Of a stretch of 64,000 nt of DNA, positions 14,671 to 28,959 are shown one piece after another. The position numbers and the translations under genes are program-made. The notes under the pieces are model-generated. The model did not search any database. It saw nothing but the letters and a program-made list of their open reading frames with translations, and was not told where the DNA came from. Position 1 is the stretch's first letter. The number at the start of each line of letters is the position of its first letter. This DNA is from Eledone cirrhosa (taxonomy: Eukaryota), in NCBI GenBank assembly GCA_964016885.1, contig OZ024763.1, positions 22,382,001 to 22,446,000 on the forward strand, in the 5' to 3' direction.

Positions 14671-15552
14671 TTTGTGTAATAAGCACACCTGGTTGTGGTG
14701 GTGGTGGTGGTGATGATGGTGATGGTGGGGGTAGTGGTGGTGGTGATGATGGTGATAATGGTGGTGATGGTAGTGGTGGTGGTGGTGATGGTAGTGGTGG
14801 TGATGAGGATGATGGTAGTGGTGATTGTGGTGGTGGTGATGGTGGTGGTGGTGATGGTGGTGATGGTAGTGGTGATGAGGATGGTGGTGGGGGTAGTGGT
14901 GATGATGGTGGTGATGGTAGTGGTGATGAGGATGGTGGTGGGGGTAGTGGTGATGATGGTGGTAATGGTGGTGATAATGATGGTGATGGAAATCATTACT
15001 CTAGATTTAGTTTTAGTTGAAATTCTGACACTCCTACAATATGTATCATCCTCAACTAATATAGTTTTAGGTTTGTGTGTGTATCTGTGTGTGTGTGTAT
15101 TGTGTCTGTATCTGTGTGTATTGTGTATCTCTGTGTGTGTATGTGTGTGTGTTTAACTAAATTAGTCAAGCATACAGAGGTGTGTGTGTGTGTGATGGGT
15201 GGCTAGAGAGAGAGAGATAGAGAAAGCAAGTGAGAGAGATGGAGAAGTAAGAGATAGGTAGATAGATAGAGAAAGATAGATTGAGAGAAATAGATAGATA
15301 GATAGTGAGAGAGAGGGAGTGTGAAAGAGATAGATAGTGAGAGAGAGAGAGGGAGTGAGAGAGAGTGAGTGAGAAAGAGATAGATAGTGAGAGGGAGTGA
15401 GAAAGAGCTAGTGAGAGGGAGTGAGTGAGAGAGAGGCTATAATGTAAATATGAGTAGTACTCTCCGACTCCATTAAATATGCATGTATCTTCATTACACT
15501 GTTTAAATACTTGATATTTATTTGTTGAAAAGTCATAGATAGTGATTGTACC

Positions 15553-16320
15553 ATGATGAAAAGCACCCAGTACACTCTGTACAGTGGTAGTGTTGGTAGC
15601 ATAATAAAATACACCCAGTCCACTCTGTAAAGTGGTAGTGCTGGTAGCACGATTTAATACACCCAGTCCATTCTGTAAAGTGGTAGTGTTGGTGTCATGA
15701 TAGATAGACCATAGTGTTCGTGCAATAAAATATACCCAGTCCACTGTATAAAGTGGCAGTGCTGGTGTCATGATGAAAAGCACCCAGTCCACTCTGTAAA
15801 GTGGTAGTGCTGGTGTCATGATGAAAAGCACCCAGTCCACTCTGTAAAGTGGTAGTGCTGGTGTCATGATGAAAAGCACCCAGTTCACTCTGTAAAGTGG
15901 CAGTGCTGGTGTCATGATGAAAAGCACCCAGTCCACTCTGTAAAGTGGTAGTGCTGGTGTCATGATGAAAAGCACCCAGTCCACTCTGTAAAGTGGTAGT
16001 GCTGGTGTCATGATGAAAAGCACCCAGTCCACTCTGTAAAGTGGTAGTGCTGGTGTCATGATGAAAAGCACCCAGTCCACTCTGTAAAGTGGTAGTGCTG
16101 GTGTCATGATGAAAAGCACCCAGTCCACTCTATAAAGTGGCAGTGCTGGTGCCACGATAAAAAATACTCAGTTCATCCTGTAAGGTGGTAGTGCTGATGC
16201 CATGATAAAAAAAAGTACACAGCCCACCCTGTAAAGCAATAGTGCTTGTGCCACAAAAAACAAAACCCCCCCAAAAACCAATGCACCCTGTACACTCTGT
16301 AAAGTGGTTGCTGTTCAGAA
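15553..16320. repeat. 48-bp minisatellite
   Basis: TGATGAAAAGCACCCAGTCCACTCTGTAAAGTGGTAGTGCTGGTGTCA; about 8 near-perfect copies plus degenerate flanks. Confidence 0.9.
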
Positions 16321-18368
16321 GAGCATCCAACCATAGCAAATATGTTCAATACACAGAGGTGAGATGCAGTCATTTGATCTAGCTGTTTAACCTCAGAACG
16401 TAACAACCCGTCGAACCCATGGAAATATGAAAAATATATGTGAAATGGATGATGGTGGTGGTGGTGATGAGGAGGATGGTGATGATGGTGATTGTAGTGG
16501 TAATGATGATGGTGGTGATGATGATGATGGAGATGATGATGAATAATGTGAATAACGAATTGATCATGCTTAAAATTGCTGTAAACTAATTAATTTCCGA
16601 AATTAGGTTCAAAATGTGGAGATAGCAACATATTTTATCAGAATAGAAATGAAGCAGAAATGTAGTTGATGGGGGTGGTGGTTGGTTATGATTATAATGG
16701 GGGTGGTGGTGGTGATGATGATGGTGATGATGATGATGATGGTGGTGATGGTGATGATGATGATAGTGATGGTGGTGGTGGTGGGGATGATGGTGATGGG
16801 AAGGAAGAAGGAGGATTATGTTGGCAATATTGATGTCTTCAAAATCATAAAATTAAATGAGCCAACAATGATAACAAATCCCTCTCAAGTGTTTTGGCCC
16901 TTTACTTCTGTATACAGTGGTAAGAAACTCTCAGGAGAGCTGGACAGCAGAAGGTCTTCAGAGAAGAAAACCCCTTCAAGCGCACTCGCTTGAAGGAGGT
17001 TTTGGCCCTTAACTACTATATATATATATATAGTGGTAAGAAACTTTCAGGAGAGCAGGACAACAGAAGGTTTTCAGAGAAGAAATATCCCTTCCAGCAA
17101 GTGTTTAGGCCCTTAACTTTTATATAAAAGAAACTCTCAGGAGAGTAGGACAGCAGAAGGTTTTCAGAGAAGAAACCTCTTCTCAAGAAAATGTTTCAAC
17201 TCTTAACAAAACACTTACTTACTTGAGGGGACTTTCTTCTCTGAATTTCTGAAATTACCGTATCATCATCGTTTAACGTTTATGGATTAGATGGGAATTG
17301 TCCCACTTGAGGCAAGATTGATCGGGTGACCGTGTCTCACTCGTATAGGACTGTATCTGGCAGGCTTTCTACAGCTAGATGCCCTTCCTAACACCAACAA
17401 CATTTACAGTGTGGACTGGGAGCCTTTTTGCCATGTCTCCTACTCAACCACTTTACAGCGTGGTCTGGGTGCTTTTTGTCATGACACCTACACGACCACT
17501 TCAGTGTGGACTGGATGTTCTGCGGTACCAACATAACTTTACAGAGAAAGGGTGGTGTGGGTGGAAGTGAGAGGATGGAGTAGGGGTAGTGTATATAAGC
17601 CAAGGAATGTGTGACCAAAAAGAAACCGATGGTTGAGGGGGTTGGCGGCTTAAATTCGGGGTCAATATTTTGAGGATTTTCACTAACTTCCAATTCTGTG
17701 TAAATAAAGTTTTGATTTTTGTCTATATCTCAAACCTAAAATTGTGGAGTCAGCTTATATTCAAATATAATATGGTCGTTTCAAAATTTGTAGATACCAT
17801 TTTCTCTTTATCAGAATATAAATGAAGTAGAAATGAAATTGGTGGAGATGGTGGTGGTGATGGTGATGATGATTTTGATGGTGGTGGAGGAGTATATTGG
17901 CAATTCTAGATGTCTACAAAATCATAAAACTAAATGGATTATTATTGCGTTTCTGAGCCAACAGTGATAACAAAACTAACAATGATTAATGGAGATGACA
18001 GAATCAATGGCAACTATCAATACAAATGAATAAAGCAATAAGAATTGATGACGACAAAAATAGATTGGTGATCTACAATATGTGCATATATATATATATA
18101 TATTCATTTATATATATATATACACACATACACACACATATATTATTAGTACAGATTAAAGTTAAAGCAAAGAATCGCTGCTTTCACTCTATTACGATTT
18201 TCTGAAATTCATATGATGATATATATCCAGCTGTAGTGACCAAGCCAAAGTCTGCCCCAGGTGAGCTAAACATGGTCCTCTGACCTGATTGTCTCCTTAA
18301 GGGTCAACCCGTCCTACCCATGCTAGCATGGAAGATGGATGTTAAACGATGGTGATGATGATTATATA

Positions 18369-18677
18369 TATTATTGAGTAAAATGACAGGAAGTTGGACT
18401 GGTGAAATTCCTTCAAAGATTTATTTCAGCAAATACTATATACATTTCAGTGGCCAGGTTACGTACGATCCTGGTGACATCATCAGGTGTATAATAGTTC
18501 TATAATAAAGGAACATTTACCATTATTCCTTTATTATATAATTATTACATAATATACACGTGATGATGACACCAGGATCTTACGTAACCTGGGCATTGAA
18601 ATGTACATAGTGTTTGCTGAAATAAATCTTTGAAGGAATTTCACCAGTCCAGCCTCCTGTCATTTTACTCAATAATA
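18369..18677. repeat. ~310-bp palindromic element with a hammerhead motif in each arm
   Basis: Arms are reverse complements. Minus 18433-18490: ACAC-CTGATGA-TGTCACCAGG..CCTGGCCACT-GAAA-TGTATA-TA-GTAT. Plus 18556-18613 has C3 mutated to G but an intact ACAC/GTGT stem I. Confidence 0.75.
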
Positions 18678-19058
18678 ATTTACTTGCATCACTAACAATA
18701 TTCAACATGAAAGGTGGATGAGTTGCATAAAGTTGGGTGCTTTTCCTAATATTACATCATGGTTGGCTATACAGAATGACCAGTTCTATCCAGTGGTGAA
18801 CCACCAAAGTTAAATGAATATATATGTATATATATCTTATATATATATATATATTGTCATGTAGGTCACACGGTAAAAAACTCCCAGTCCACACTGTAAA
18901 TGTAGTTGGTGTTAGGAAGGACATCCAGCCGTAGAAAACTTGCCAGATCATCCTACACGAGCGAGACACAGTTACCCGACCAATCTTGCCTCAAATGGGA
19001 CAATTCCTGTCTAAGCCATGCTAGTGTGGAAGAAAGACATTAAACGATGATGATGATG

Positions 19059-19089
<31 letters not shown>

Positions 19090-21540
19090 CACATCCAGTA
19101 CACTCTGTAAAGAAGGCCATTCAGATGTAGAAAATGAAAGGATCCAGAGAACTTTTCAGCTATGTCAAAGAGATGACAAACTCCTTGGATAAATGCACCG
19201 AGTACACTCACCAAAGTGGGTAGTGATAGGAAGAGCTTCCAGGCATAGGAAGCTTGAAAACAGAGTTGGGAGAATTATTCAGTTGTGTCAAAGACATGAC
19301 AAATCCCTATCATTGGTCGTCTACATGATAAATGCACACAGTACATGACAACCAGAGATATGACAACCTCCCTTGTGCCGGGCCACAATAAAATACACTC
19401 AGTAGAGCAAGGGAAAATAAATGAGATGTGAGGTGCTACCAGCAGCCTGTCAGGGAGGTCAGTAGCTCCCCTTGAGTATTGGCACAGTCTGTGACAATAT
19501 GTCCAACCCAAACCTTGCTAGCAGAGCAATATGGATGTTAAACAATTATGATGGTATTGATGGTGACATTAAGAATTGCTGATGATGCTGCTGATGATGA
19601 CATTAAGAATTGATGAGGATGCTGCTGATGATGATATTAAGAATTGCTGATGATGACATTAAGAATTGATGTGGATGCTGCTGATGATGATATTAAGAAT
19701 TGATGAGGATGATGGTGATGATGATATTAAGAATTGATGAAGATGATGGTGATGGCAAAGACAATAAGAATTGCAAAGGACGTTGAGGATGATTAAAATG
19801 ATGACAAAGACTAATAATTAATGAGGATGACGCTTAAGAATTGATGAGAATGATGATAATAAGAATTGAGGAGGAGGTGGTGATGAGGATGAAGGAAATA
19901 AAAATTGATGAGGATGCTGTGGACGACGACGATGGTGATGATGATGATGATGACGACAAAAGCAATAACAACTGATAAGGATGATGATGATGGTGGTGAT
20001 GATGAAGACAATAAAAATCGACGACGAGGATGCTGCTAGTGATGATGATGATGATGGATGTGATAAATCACAATGAAGACAACACACCGGTCCCCACCCC
20101 TCTCATTCCCCTGGTAGCATGGATGATTGGTCTGGAGACAGTCAGCTGACCACCAGTTCAATGATGATGCAACAACAACAACAACAGCAATGACTAACTG
20201 TTGCATTAAGTTGCACTGACGACCAACCGATGATTCATAAATAGGTTGGCTGGTTGGTTGGTTGTGGTGGTGGTGGGGTGGCATGGATGGATAGATGTAG
20301 TGGTTGGTTGGTTGTGGTGGTGGTGGTGGGGTGGCATGGATGGATAGATGTAGTGGTTGGTTGGTTGTGGTGGTGGTGGTGGAGTGGCATGGATGGATGT
20401 ATTGGTTGGTTGTGGTGGGGTGGTGGGATGGATAGATATGGCAGTTGGATGGTTGGGGTGGTTGGATGGATAGATGTGGCGGTTGGATGGTTGTGGTAGT
20501 GGTGGTGGGGTGGTTGGTTGGCTGTGGGGGGGGGGGATAGATGTAGTGGTTGGATGGTTGTGGTGGTTGGATGGTTGGTTGTGGTGGTGGTGGGGTGGTT
20601 GGATGGTTGGTTATGGTGGTGAGGTGGTTGGTTGGATGGTTGTGGTGGTGGGGTGGTTGGATGGTTGTGAGATGGGGTGTGGTGGATGGTAGGTTGGTAG
20701 TGTGGGGTGGGTAGATAGATGAATAGATGTGATGGTAGGGTGGGTGGATGGTTGGAGGTGGTGGATGTGGTAGATGGGAGTGAAGAGAGTGGATAGATGG
20801 GGTGTGGAGTGTGGGGTGGTTGAATGGATGGAGGTGGAGAGTGGTGATGGATTTCTGTGGGGTGGAGTAGGAATTAGAAAACTGGTTGAAGAGAAATGTG
20901 AAAGTGGTGGAGTGGTGGGGGTAGGGGACAGGAATTTACATATGTCATTGCATCATGTGAGATGGAGGGGGAGGAGAGAGTGGAGAGGAAGGGAAAAGAA
21001 AGAGAAGACTAGCGAGAGAGAGAGAGGTGATGATATATGTATAATAGAAAGAGAGAGGAGAGAGGGGAGAGGTGTTAGTTATATATACATATATAATAGA
21101 GAGAGATTGATATAATATAATTTATATATATGAGAGAAAGAAAGAAGTGATAATATACATACATATGTATAATAGAATGGGTTAATATATATACATATGT
21201 ATAAGAGAGAGGGATTAATATATATACATATGTATAATAGAAAGAGAGGCTAATATGTATAATAGAGAGAGAGAAGCTAATGTATATACATATGTATAAT
21301 AGAGAGAGAGAAGCTAATATATATACATATGTATAATAGAGAGAGAGAAGCTAATATATATACATATGAATAATAGAGAGAGAGAAGCTAATGTATATAT
21401 ACATGTATAATAGAGAGAGAGAGAGGTTAATATATATATATATACATGTGTAATAGAGAGAGGTGTTAATCATCATCATCACCGTTTTTACGTCCATTCT
21501 TCCATGCTACCATGGAAAGAGAGAGAAGTGATAATATATA

Positions 21541-23715
21541 TCATCATCATCATCATCAGTCCTTTGACTTCTGTAGTCATCAGGGGGGTGGGGATCCTAC
21601 TGCAGAAGCAGCATACACTCAAGATAGTCTATCAACAAATGGCCGTCAACAAATCTGGTGTCGTCATTTGTGTCCATTCTTTGACATTGTCCAACCAGTT
21701 CCTGCGTTGGTGTCCCCTCCTGCATCCATTCTTTGACATTGTCCAACCAGTTCCTGCGTTGGTGTCCCCTCCTGCATCCATTCTTTGACATTGTCCAACC
21801 AGTTCCTGCATTGGTGTCCCCTCCTGGGTCCATTCTTTGATATTGTCCAACCAGTTCCTGCATTGGTGTCCCCTCCTGCATCCATTCTTTGACATTGTCC
21901 AACCAGTTCCTGCATTGGTGTCCCCTCCTGGGTCCATTCTTTGATATTGTCCAACCAGTTCCTGCATTGGTGTCCCCTCCTGGGTCCATTCTTTGACATT
22001 GTCCAACCAGTTCCTGCATTGGTGTCCCCTCCTGGGTCCATTCCTTGAAATTGTCCAACCAATTCTTGCGTTGGTGTCCCCTCCTGCATCCATTCTTTGA
22101 CATTGTCCAACCAGTTCCTGCATTGGTGTCCCCTCCTGGGTCCATTCTTTGACATTGTCCAACCAGTTCCTGCGTTGGTGTCTCCTCCTGGGTCCATTCT
22201 TTGACATTGTCCAACCAGTTCCTGCATTGGTGTCCCCTCCTGCGTCCATTCTTTGACATTGTCCAACCAGTTCCTGCGTTGGTGTCTCCTCCTGGGTCCA
22301 TTCTTTGACATTGTCCAACCAGTTCCTGCATTGGTGTCCCCTCCTGCATCCATTCTTTGACATTGTCCAACCAGTTCCTGCATTGGTGTCCCCTCCTGGG
22401 TCCATTCCTTGACATTGCCCAACCAATTCTTGCATTGGTGTCCCCTCCTGCATCCATTCTTTGACATTGTCCAACCAGTTCCTGCGTTGGTGTCCCCTCC
22501 TGCATCCATTCTTTGACATTGTCCAACCAGTTCCTGCATTGGTGTCCCCTCCTGGGTCCATTCTTTGATATTGTCCAACCAGTTCCTGCATTAGTGTCCC
22601 CTCCTGCATCCATTCTTTGACATTGTCCAACCAGTTCCTGCATTGGTGTCCCCTCCTGGGTCCATTCCTTGACATTGTCCAACCAATTCTTGCGTTGGTG
22701 TCCCCTCCTGCATCCATTCTTTGACATTGTCCAACCAGTTCCTGCGTTGGTGTCTCCTCCTGGGTCCATTCTTTGACATTGTCCAACCAGTTCCTGCATT
22801 GGTGCCCCCTCCTGGGTCCATTCTTTGACATTGTCCAACCAGTTCCTGCGTTGGGTGTCCCCTCCTGGGTCCATTCTTTGACATTGTCCAACCAGTTCCT
22901 GCGTTGGTGTCTCTTCCTGGGTCCATTCTTTGACATTGTCCAACCAGTTCCTGCGTTGGTGTCCCCTCCTGCGTCCATTCTTTGACATTGTCCAACCAGT
23001 TCCTGCATTGGTGTCCCCTCCTGCATCCATTCTTTGACATTGTCCAACCAGTTCCTGCGTTGGTGTCCCCTCCTGGGTCCATTCTTTGACATTGTCCAAC
23101 CAGTTCCTGCATCCATTCTTTGACATTGTCCAACCAGTTCCTGCGTTGGTGTCTCCTCCTGGGTCCATTCTTTGACATTGTCCAACCAGTTCCTGCATTG
23201 GTGTCCCCTCCTGCGTCCATTCTTTGACATTGTCCAACCAGTTCCTGCATTGGTGTCCCCTCCTGCATCCATTCTTTGACATTGTCCAACCAGTTCCTGC
23301 GTTGGGTGTCCCCTCCTGCGTCCATTCTTTGACATCAGTTTTTGCGTTGGTGTCCCCTCCTGTGTCCACCCTCAACACTGCCTTGCATGATGGTCTTGCA
23401 CAGGCTGTCATGTCATGTGGCATGGCCAAACCACGCCAGTTTCCTCCTCTTGACTGATGAGGAGAGGTTCCTGGTGACCCACAGCACTTAACCTTACTCT
23501 GCACGTGTTCCTTGGTTTTACGTTCCTTAGGAAATACGACAAAGTTTTCTCACCCATTTGTCCTCAAATGCCTGGATCTTTCTCTCTGTTTCTGCCCAAA
23601 GTGTCCAGGTCTCACCCCCATATAGGAGGACGGAGACAACCATCGATTTCTACAATCTGTACTTGGTCTGAAAACTGATGTTGCTCCTCCATATTCTTGC
23701 CAATTTGGCCATCAC
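21541..23715 (-). mobile_element. RTE-like LINE 3' end containing an internal 52-bp minisatellite
   Basis: LLYGGETWT-like region near 23620, HD..CKAVL, then ~32 tandem copies of the GGRRRG..NWLDNVKEWT segment (21673-23350), then LINE end with (GAT)n. Confidence 0.85.
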
Positions 23716-25235
23716 ACATATATAATAGAGGTGTTAATATATATACATCATAAAATAATACAGGGAGGAGTGTGGGACTGTGTCCTCAATATATTTTTTT
23801 ATCCCGTTAGTAAAATAAGTTGGATTTCTTTGTATAAATAATGAATATTAGATAATTTATGTACTAAATTTCGTAACTCTTGATTTTTTTTATTGCTTAT
23901 TTCAAGATTCACTTCTTTTAAAATTTTCAAATGTCAGTACTTCTGGTTATGATATAACGGACACTATATCACATGGCTTATATAAATATTCATATATGTG
24001 CATCGTAATATTAAGTTTATATTTCCATTGCTAATTTTTTTCCTTTTTCGTTTTCATAAAATTTTGCCGTAATGCAGTTAATATATAATATCGTCTATTT
24101 TAAATATATCATGGATTACTTTACTGATTACATAAGACAGTGTAACACAGTCTCTCTTCAATTTCTGTGTATATTCTCAATTACTATTTTATTTGAAGTA
24201 TCATATCTACATGCATATAATATCAATATGCACACTACACATGCTAGCAGAAGACCACCTGAAGGGTGGTTTTTCTGCGAGTATATATAATAGAGAGAGG
24301 TGTTAATATATATACATATATATAAAGATAGATGACAATAGAGATATAGCTAGTAGTAGTTGTCAAAGGAATTTTTAAAACCAGCTTTTAATATTTGTGT
24401 GTGTGTATGTATGTGTGCATATATATGTATGTGTGTATGTATGTATGCATGTTTGAATGTATGTGTTTGTGATATATGTGATACATGATACATGTTAGGA
24501 ATGTGTGTGTTGGGTGTTTTGTTGTGTGATGCTAGGAATTTAATGAGTGCCATTGTATGTATGTGTGTATGCATGTGTGTGTGTGTGTGTGCGCGCGTGT
24601 GTGAGTGTGTATAATGATGGCATTTGATGAGTATCAGTGTATGTATATATGTATGTGTGTGTGTGACAGTGATTTTTGGAATGTGTGTTGGGTACTGTAT
24701 TGTGTATGTCTGTCTGTGGGTGAGTGTGTGTGTTGTGTACTGTGTTATGGGTGTGTGTATATATATATATACATACATTTGTGTGAATGTATGTATGTGT
24801 ATGTATATATATGCATGTGTGTATATATATATATATATATGCGTGTGTGTGTGTCTGTGTGATATTGGGTGGAGCAGAAATATTAAAGCTAACATCTATC
24901 CTGGTCCATCATCAACAAACCCCTTTTTCCACCTCTATCTCCACCCCTGTGACAAGGGGTGGAGGTGAGGACTGGGAGATCCTTTCTACTGCCCCCTCTC
25001 TTTCTGTACACAGCTTTATCAGCTAAGGTAAATTTTTCTGTTACACCTGCTCCACACCCACCTTAAAGCCACCCCGCCACACCACTGGTCGCCCCCACCT
25101 CATATCTCATCATCTTCATTAGAATGTAGGGACCTCACCCTTCATATCAGTGGAAATATCTGCTATCATGATTAAGATGAACACACACACACACACACAT
25201 ACATACATTCACCTACTACATATATTACACACACA

Positions 25236-25902
25236 TCTATATATATAAAACTGAGGATGTCTGTCTGTGTGTGTGTGAGTTTGAATCCCTAAAACTCGAG
25301 AAGCACCCAACCGACTGTTTTCAAACTTTACACATGTAATACTTATGTTCCAGGGAGTGTTCTGAACAAAAAAAAATTCAAATTTTCAATGCCCTAGGGA
25401 CCGCATTAGGCGATTTAGCGATCTCTCTATAATTCTTAGTCTTTCTCATTTTAGATAGATACATACATACAACATCGCGCCCTTATAATATCTGTCTGTA
25501 TGTCTGGCTGTCTACATTACGTCACTTCCTACAATTCGCTCTGCATCCAGAACGTGCCCTTATAATATCTGTCTGTATGTCTAGCTGTCTGCATTACGTC
25601 ACTTCCTACAATTCGCTCTGCATCCAGAACGTGCCCTTATAATATCTGTCTGTATGTCTGGCTGTCTGCTGCCTCTGGTTATTCTGCCACCCTTGCTCAA
25701 GACAAATCTCACACTCATTCCCCAAACAGTTGGTAAGTGCACACAACATCTTCCTCACATTTTAAGCCACAGTGTTGCTTACTTACGTACCACCAGACCC
25801 TTACTTCTTTGCCAGCCGTGGTTGTGGCAATACTAAGCTTAGCTAAGGCAGTTATATATTTCACAATACCTTATTCCGTGCAACGCCGGGTACCACTGCT
25901 AC
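25236..25902 (+). mobile_element. Non-autonomous Helitron-like element
   Basis: 5' A|TCTATATATATAAAA with (TGTC)n; 3' CCGTGCAACGCCGGG hairpin followed by CTAC|T (near CTAG); internal 78-bp tandem repeats. Confidence 0.7.
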
Positions 25903-28325
25903 TACTATATATATTACACACACAAACACATACTACATATATTACACATATATACATACTATGCTATACATACACACACCACCTACATATATTACACACA
26001 TACATTCACACACACACAACACCTATTACACACACACACACAACACCTATTACACACACACACACATCACACCTACATATATTATACACATACATACCAC
26101 ACCTACATACCACACATAGTACAAACACTACATATATTACACACACATGCTACACACACTATGTGAGAATCTTTGCTATCATGATGAATATGAATGAACA
26201 CACACACACACACTCACTCACTACATATATTACACACATACATACACATACTACATATATTACACACACACACACTACAAACGAACACATACATACATTA
26301 CATACACATATCAAAAACTTTTATCATAATCAAGATCAACATACATACACACACATACATACATACACACACCTACTACACATATACTACATACACATAC
26401 ATACATTACATACACACACCTACTACACATATACTACATACATACATTACATACACACATATACTACATACACATACATACATTACATATACACACCTAC
26501 TACACATATACTACATACACACACATACTACACATATACTACATACACATACATACATTACATACACACATATACTACATACACACACATACTACACATA
26601 TACTACATACACATACACACATATACTACATACACATACATACATTACATACACACACCTACTACACATACACATACATACACACACATACACATATACT
26701 ACATACACATACATACATTACATACACACATATACTACATACACATACATTACATAAACATATCAAAAACCTTTATCATAATCAAGATAAACATACACAC
26801 ACACTACATACACATCATCATCATCATCATCGAATTAGCCCCCCCTCCCTCCATGTTTGCATGGGTTGAATGAATCTATGTTATAAGTTGTACTTTCCAT
26901 AGTATTTGGCAAGCTTTATTTCTGGCTGTATGCCCTTCCTATCACCATCCCCATTACACCATGGACTGAGTACATTTTAATCATGCCACCAGCACTAGGA
27001 GGCCTATGGTCTAGTGGTAAGGGTGTTGGATTCATGATCATAATGTCGTGGATTTGATTCCTGGACTGGGTTGTGTGTTGTGTTCTGGAGCAAAACACTT
27101 CATTTCACGTTTCTCCAGTATGCTCAGCTGAACACGAGTACCAGCAGCAATAGCTGGAGTTTAACCCTGCAATGGACTGGCGTCCTGTCCAGGGGGAGTC
27201 TTGTACTCTCGGTTGCTTCACGCTACAAAAACTGGGATAAGCACTGGCATAATTAGCCTTGGAGCTCATGGCAGACTTTAACCCTGCGATGGACTGGTGT
27301 CCTATCCAAGGGGAAGTCTATGAGTGCCAGCAGCAATAGCCGGGGGTTTAACCCTGTTATGGACTGGCATCCTGTCCAGGGGGAAGTCTTATACTCTTAG
27401 TCACTTCACACCATGGAAACCAGCTAAGCACTCTAGACAGACCAGCACTAGAAAGATAAGTTGTCTAACAGTACTTAACCCTTTAGCATTTACATTTCTC
27501 TGTATTTACTATTATATTCTCGCGATAAAGGCTTTACCTCACGTAATATTGAATCTATGAGATTTTGATATTTATTTTGAGAACAATACCTTAATATTAG
27601 TATGAGTGGTCGGTTACAGCCAGTTTGAGCAGAATAGGTACAACAGGTACACCATATGTATCTATGATGATGATGATGTATGGTGTCGTAAGAAGCAACA
27701 TAAAAAGGGGTTTACACATCAGGACTACAGAGCTATCACTCTGTATAAAAAAAAAATAAAGAGACAAAATGTCAGAGAACCTTGTCTCAACACATCTCAG
27801 CCAACCCATGCCAGCGTGAGAAATTATCATCATCACCATCATCCTTGTAAGTCTGCTTTTCCACACTTGCATGGGTCTACTAGCTCTCTACTGTACCTAT
27901 TTCATGTCTCTATGTATATCTACCAGCACTACCACCTATCCTATACCCACCACCACGACCACCACCAACAACAATGTCTAACCTACTCCCACGACCACCA
28001 CCACCACCACTGTCTATCCTACACCCATCACCACCAGTCCCTATTCTACACCCACCACCGCCCCAATTCTGTAACTATACACCACCATGTAGCCTCTTCT
28101 TGATCCCTATTTTTATCAGCCTTACCTTAACCCCCCCCCCTCCCTTGTAATCTCTGTAACTTGATCAATCAATCCTACTTTAAGACAAATGTCAGCTCTT
28201 CAAAACATTTCCATTCTATTTTTGTCTTTTTTCTTTCTTTCTCTCCCTTTTTATTTAACAGAGTGAGGTTTTTATTTCAATCAGAATTACTTTAGAGCTG
28301 AAGGTTTTTATGCCATCAGCTTCAT

Positions 28326-28959
28326 TAACCCTTTTGCTACCAACCCCGGGCCAAAACTGTCTCTGGTTCTATGAAATAAAACCCACCTATTTTAACCAAA
28401 ACCGGCTCTGGTTCTATGAAATAAAACCCACCTATTTTAACCAAAACTGGCTTCTGGTTCTATGAAATAAAACCCACCTATTTTAACCAAAACCGGCTCT
28501 GGTTCTATGAAATAAAACCCACCTATTTTAACCAAAACCGGCTCTGGTTCTATGAAATAAAACCCACCTATTTTAACCAAAACCGGCTCTGGTTCTATGA
28601 AATAAAACCCACCTATTTTAACCAAAACTGGCTTCTGGTTCTATGAAATAAAACCACCCATTTTAAATGTTTTCAAATTAAATTAAAATCTTCCAACATT
28701 ATTTTATACCTTATATTAAGTTACTATCTTAATAATGAAATAATTAATTTTAGTAAATCCCTTAAAATTTTCCATTAATTATTTGAAATAAAAGGTTCTT
28801 ACTTAAGTTAAAATCTTCCAACATAATTTTATATAAGAACCTAACATTAAGTTCCTATTTTAGTAATGAAATAATAATTTTAGTAAATCCCTCAAAATTC
28901 TTCATTAATTATTTGAAATAGAGTGTACTTCATTAGAAATGTGGTCACGAAAGGGTCAA
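28326..28959. mobile_element. piggyBac-like MITE with internal 45-bp tandem array
   Basis: TTAACCCTTT...AAAGGGTCAA ends; about 7 copies of GGTTCTATGAAATAAAACCCACCTATTTTAACCAAAACCGGCTCT (28350-28665). Confidence 0.65.

Noticed and set aside
20240-20930. G-quadruplex-like G-rich tract
   Set aside because: Mostly GG/GGT low-complexity repeat typical of this genome; nothing indicates function.
21673-23350. CRISPR-like regular array
   Set aside because: Units are contiguous with no unique spacers, derive from a LINE, and the context is eukaryotic with no cas genes.
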